This document shows, one piece after another, positions 38,350 to 40,911 of a DNA stretch of 40,911 nucleotides. The stretch spans positions 1-40,911 of the forward strand of contig NW_014569481.1 in NCBI RefSeq assembly GCF_000743755.1. Direction: 5' to 3'. The notes beneath the pieces were generated by a model, which saw only the letters and a list, made by a program, of their open reading frames with translations, did not search any database and was not told where the DNA came from. Source of the stretch: Blastocystis sp. subtype 4. Its lineage: Eukaryota. Both the position numbers and the translations under genes were made by a program. How positions within the stretch are numbered: position 1 is the stretch's first letter; each line of letters begins with the position of its first letter.

Positions 38350-39028
38350 ACTTGATCTTTGCTATGAATCAGGCCCAAACAACAATCCTTACCCTTGCGA
38401 TTTAAGATTCGCATAGCTTTATACTGCTTCACAATTCGAGCGGCTCCCTGATTCACCACACTGTCATTATCATCAACATGTTTCCCCTATTATAATACTC
38501 TATAAAAGTCAAGTACTTTTGTTGAACCAAACGAACCAAAACCCATCAGTTGTCGCATATTAGCTGAAATGTCTTCTCCTTCAAATTATCAGCATGCCCA
38601 TTAAGTACCTTCCTCTAAATCAAAATCGCCTGTCGATGCAACAACAGGTTCCTCTTTAGTTTCAATCTTTGGTTCTGGTTCTTTTGGCGTTTCACTTTCG
38701 CGACTACTAGGTCGGTATTTATCTTCTCGTTTCACATCTTCTCGACTTCTTCGACGATACTCATCTTCTCTTCTACAAATCATGCAATAAGACCTAAATT
38801 GTATACACTTCTCTTCCAAACTCATCTCGAACTCTACAAGTTAATCCTCACTCATACATCCGACAAACGAGGTTTCCGATTTGACGGACGAGACCGTCTT
38901 GATCGTTCCCTACTATGACTACGACTTTTGCTTCGATGATGTCGAGATCCACTTCGACTGCGACTTCTATCCCTCAGAGAAAGAATTCATTCATACCTGC
39001 TATCGTGTCTGGATCGATATGATGGCAT
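38350..39028 (-). CDS. SNRNP27: U4/U6.U5 snRNP 27K-like SR protein; stop probably made by polyadenylation
   Basis: RS-rich N-terminus; MRQLMGFGSFGSTK..GKHVDDN...GAARIVKQYKAMRILNRK. Ends AAG T|GGGG|TGTTTGTT. Confidence 0.8.
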
Positions 39029-39180
39029 ATCACAATATGCAACTATTATAGATAAACCGTGGGAATGAAATGGGTTGGAGATCTATAAATACAAACTAAG
39101 GAAATGCCTTCTGTTTATGACCTTCCTCAGAGTGAGCAGGGTACGCGAAATGCAATAGTTATAATCGAACAGACGATCTG

Positions 39181-40463
39181 ATGTCACTGGAGATTAAACC
39201 CATTTCTCCCCTGAAGATGAAGTACATCAACATGCTCCGAGAGCGGTCAAAGGACCTATTGAGTGCCTACAACTACCCGGATTACATCACCTCTGATGTG
39301 GAACTTTTGCGTTTCGTTCGAGGTCATATGGTGGGACATTCTTTTAGATGTATCATGTACAGTTTGACATGGATGAATCCTATGAATCATTCAGTAAGAT
39401 GCTGATCTGGAGAAAGGAAAACAATATAGACGAGTACTTTAAGAAAGTTCAGGAGGTGGGTTTTGATGTTCACAAAGTGCCTTATGCAGAACTGTTTGAA
39501 CCGTACAGACTGATAAGATCTGTAACATATAGTGTTTTTCAAACGAATTATCACCACAAAACGGATAAGGAAGGCCGTATTGTGGATATCCGACTCCTCG
39601 GCGCTGTTGACGTGAAGGGACTCCTATCGCACCCTCTAAAAGAGTGGATTGACTATAATATCTACATTCTGGTAGGATTAGTTCATCTTCATTGATTCGC
39701 AGGAATGGCGTATTTATACTTTGAACAAGATGAGTGAGGAAATGGGAGTCTTACAGAGACTGAGTTGCATTCAGGATCTGAAGGGTGTTGGTATGCACAT
39801 GATCTCGCCGTTTGTATCTCAAATATATTCTTATGGATAGAACCCTTATCACCTATTTAAAGGAAATGACGAATCTTGCGTCTCATTACTATCCTGAGAC
39901 CATGCATCGTTCCTTCGTGGTGAATGTTCCAGGTATCTTTTCATCCTTGTGGAAGATTGCTAAGCCCGTTTTACATCCTCGTACGGTGAAGAAAGTGGTC
40001 ATTTGCAAGGGAGACTACCAAGAGAAATTGTATGCAGAAATCCCAATTCAGAATCTTCCAGTAAGAGTGAAGAGAATGTTGATGAACAGACTCTGTTAGG
40101 AGGAATTTGCATGTGCAAAGAAGGATGTCTTAGTGGGATACCGAATCAAGACATGTTCAAGGTATAAGTAGTGAATAGAGTTGATTTTAGATTCCTGTAT
40201 CCAATACCCTGACTATGCCTGTTGAGATTCACAAGGGAGATAAGGTTTTATGGAAATGGAAGTTGGAGAGTGGTGACATTAATAGCACGGTAACGTTTAA
40301 GTATGGAGAGACAACAACCCAAGTGTATAAGGGGGATCGCATTCCATCTCATGAGTCGTCATTCGAAGCTCCTGAGGATGGAACGTTGTCATTTTTCTTT
40401 GACAATAGTTTCTCATGGGTTAGTGGCAAAACTGTAATTGGAATCATTAAGATTAACGCATGA
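39181..40463 (+). CDS. Sec14-like CRAL-TRIO lipid-binding protein with C-terminal GOLD domain
   Basis: DVELLRFVRGH, HKTDKEGR, IQDLKGVG, HYYPETMHRSFVVNVP and GOLD motif FDNSFSWVSGK. TGTTTGTT at 40470. Confidence 0.93.
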
Positions 40464-40489
40464 GTGATCTGTTTGTTGATAATTAATAA

Positions 40490-40559
40490 CCACTGGTCAT
40501 AGGCAATTCGGTCATCGGAAGAGACTGTAGGTAGTTTGTCTGTTCCAGAGAGGACACTG
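40490..40559 (+). ncRNA. Candidate hairpin RNA ending in ACA plus 3 nt
   Basis: CTGG/CCAG, AGGCAA/TTGTCT and CGGTC/GACTG pairings, then ACA at 40554-40556. Confidence 0.22.
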
Positions 40560-40580
40560 CAAGATTCTCACCTTGAATAG

Positions 40581-40911
40581 ATGTCGAATGCACTTGCTAT
40601 CACCGGAAAGGTTCTGAAGTGGGGAATTGCCTGTGGATTGGTTGGATGGGCTGGTTATGAGTCATTATACAATAGTAAGTGAAGAATTGTCTTTTCCCTT
40701 TCTCATCGTTTGTGTAGTTGATTCCGGTCATCGTGGTGTTATTTACAATCGTATTGGAGGTATTCAAAACAAAGTTATTCCTGAAGGAACCCATTTCCTT
40801 GTTCCTTGGTTTCAGCGTGTTTACAGATACGATATCCGTACTCAGCCAAGAACGATGTCTTCGTTGACTGGAACTCGAGGTAATAGGAGGGAAGGAGTTG
40901 TAATGGGATAG
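40581..40911 (+). CDS. PHB2: Prohibitin (PHB2-like), 5' part
   Basis: YESLYNIDSGHRGVIYNRIGGIQNKVIPEGTHFLVPWFQRVYRYDIRTQPR. Runs off the window end. Confidence 0.92.

Noticed and set aside
430..40911. Fragmented ORFs suggesting pseudogenes or a reassigned genetic code
   Set aside because: Breaks checked in conserved genes coincide with ~30-nt GT-AG introns, and the standard code gives intact motifs.

Overview
Eukaryotic, extremely compact genomic DNA, inferred to be from the gut stramenopile Blastocystis. The basis is dense genes, numerous GT-AG introns of about 27-35 nt, and a TGTTTGTT element just after gene ends. About 22 spliced protein genes are recognisable: SDHA (5' part), a PH/GBD-FH3/FH2 formin, a WDR81-like BEACH protein, a membrane protein, a monoglyceride lipase, a PDZ-TBC RabGAP, an LSD1-type zinc-finger protein, a PC4-fold protein with a mitochondrial-type presequence, an ABHD17-like hydrolase, ES1/GATD3, a Spp2/GPKOW-like G-patch protein, a UBR N-recognin E3, NagA, organellar DNA polymerase POP, IBA57, HVA22/REEP, RPL6, RCE1, SNRNP27, Sec14-GOLD, PHB2 (5' part), and hypotheticals. 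The strongest signal is precise cleavage 4 nt upstream of TGTTTGTT. Four genes appear to have no genomic stop at their true end and would gain UAA from the poly(A) tail, and seven more would be cut inside their stop codon. Other points of interest are a putative mitochondrial PC4-type ssDNA-binding protein, an FH1-less formin with CCDC53-like repeats, near-zero spacing between tandem genes, and two candidate single-hairpin ACA-box RNAs. Gene models were spliced by eye, so exon boundaries are provisional.
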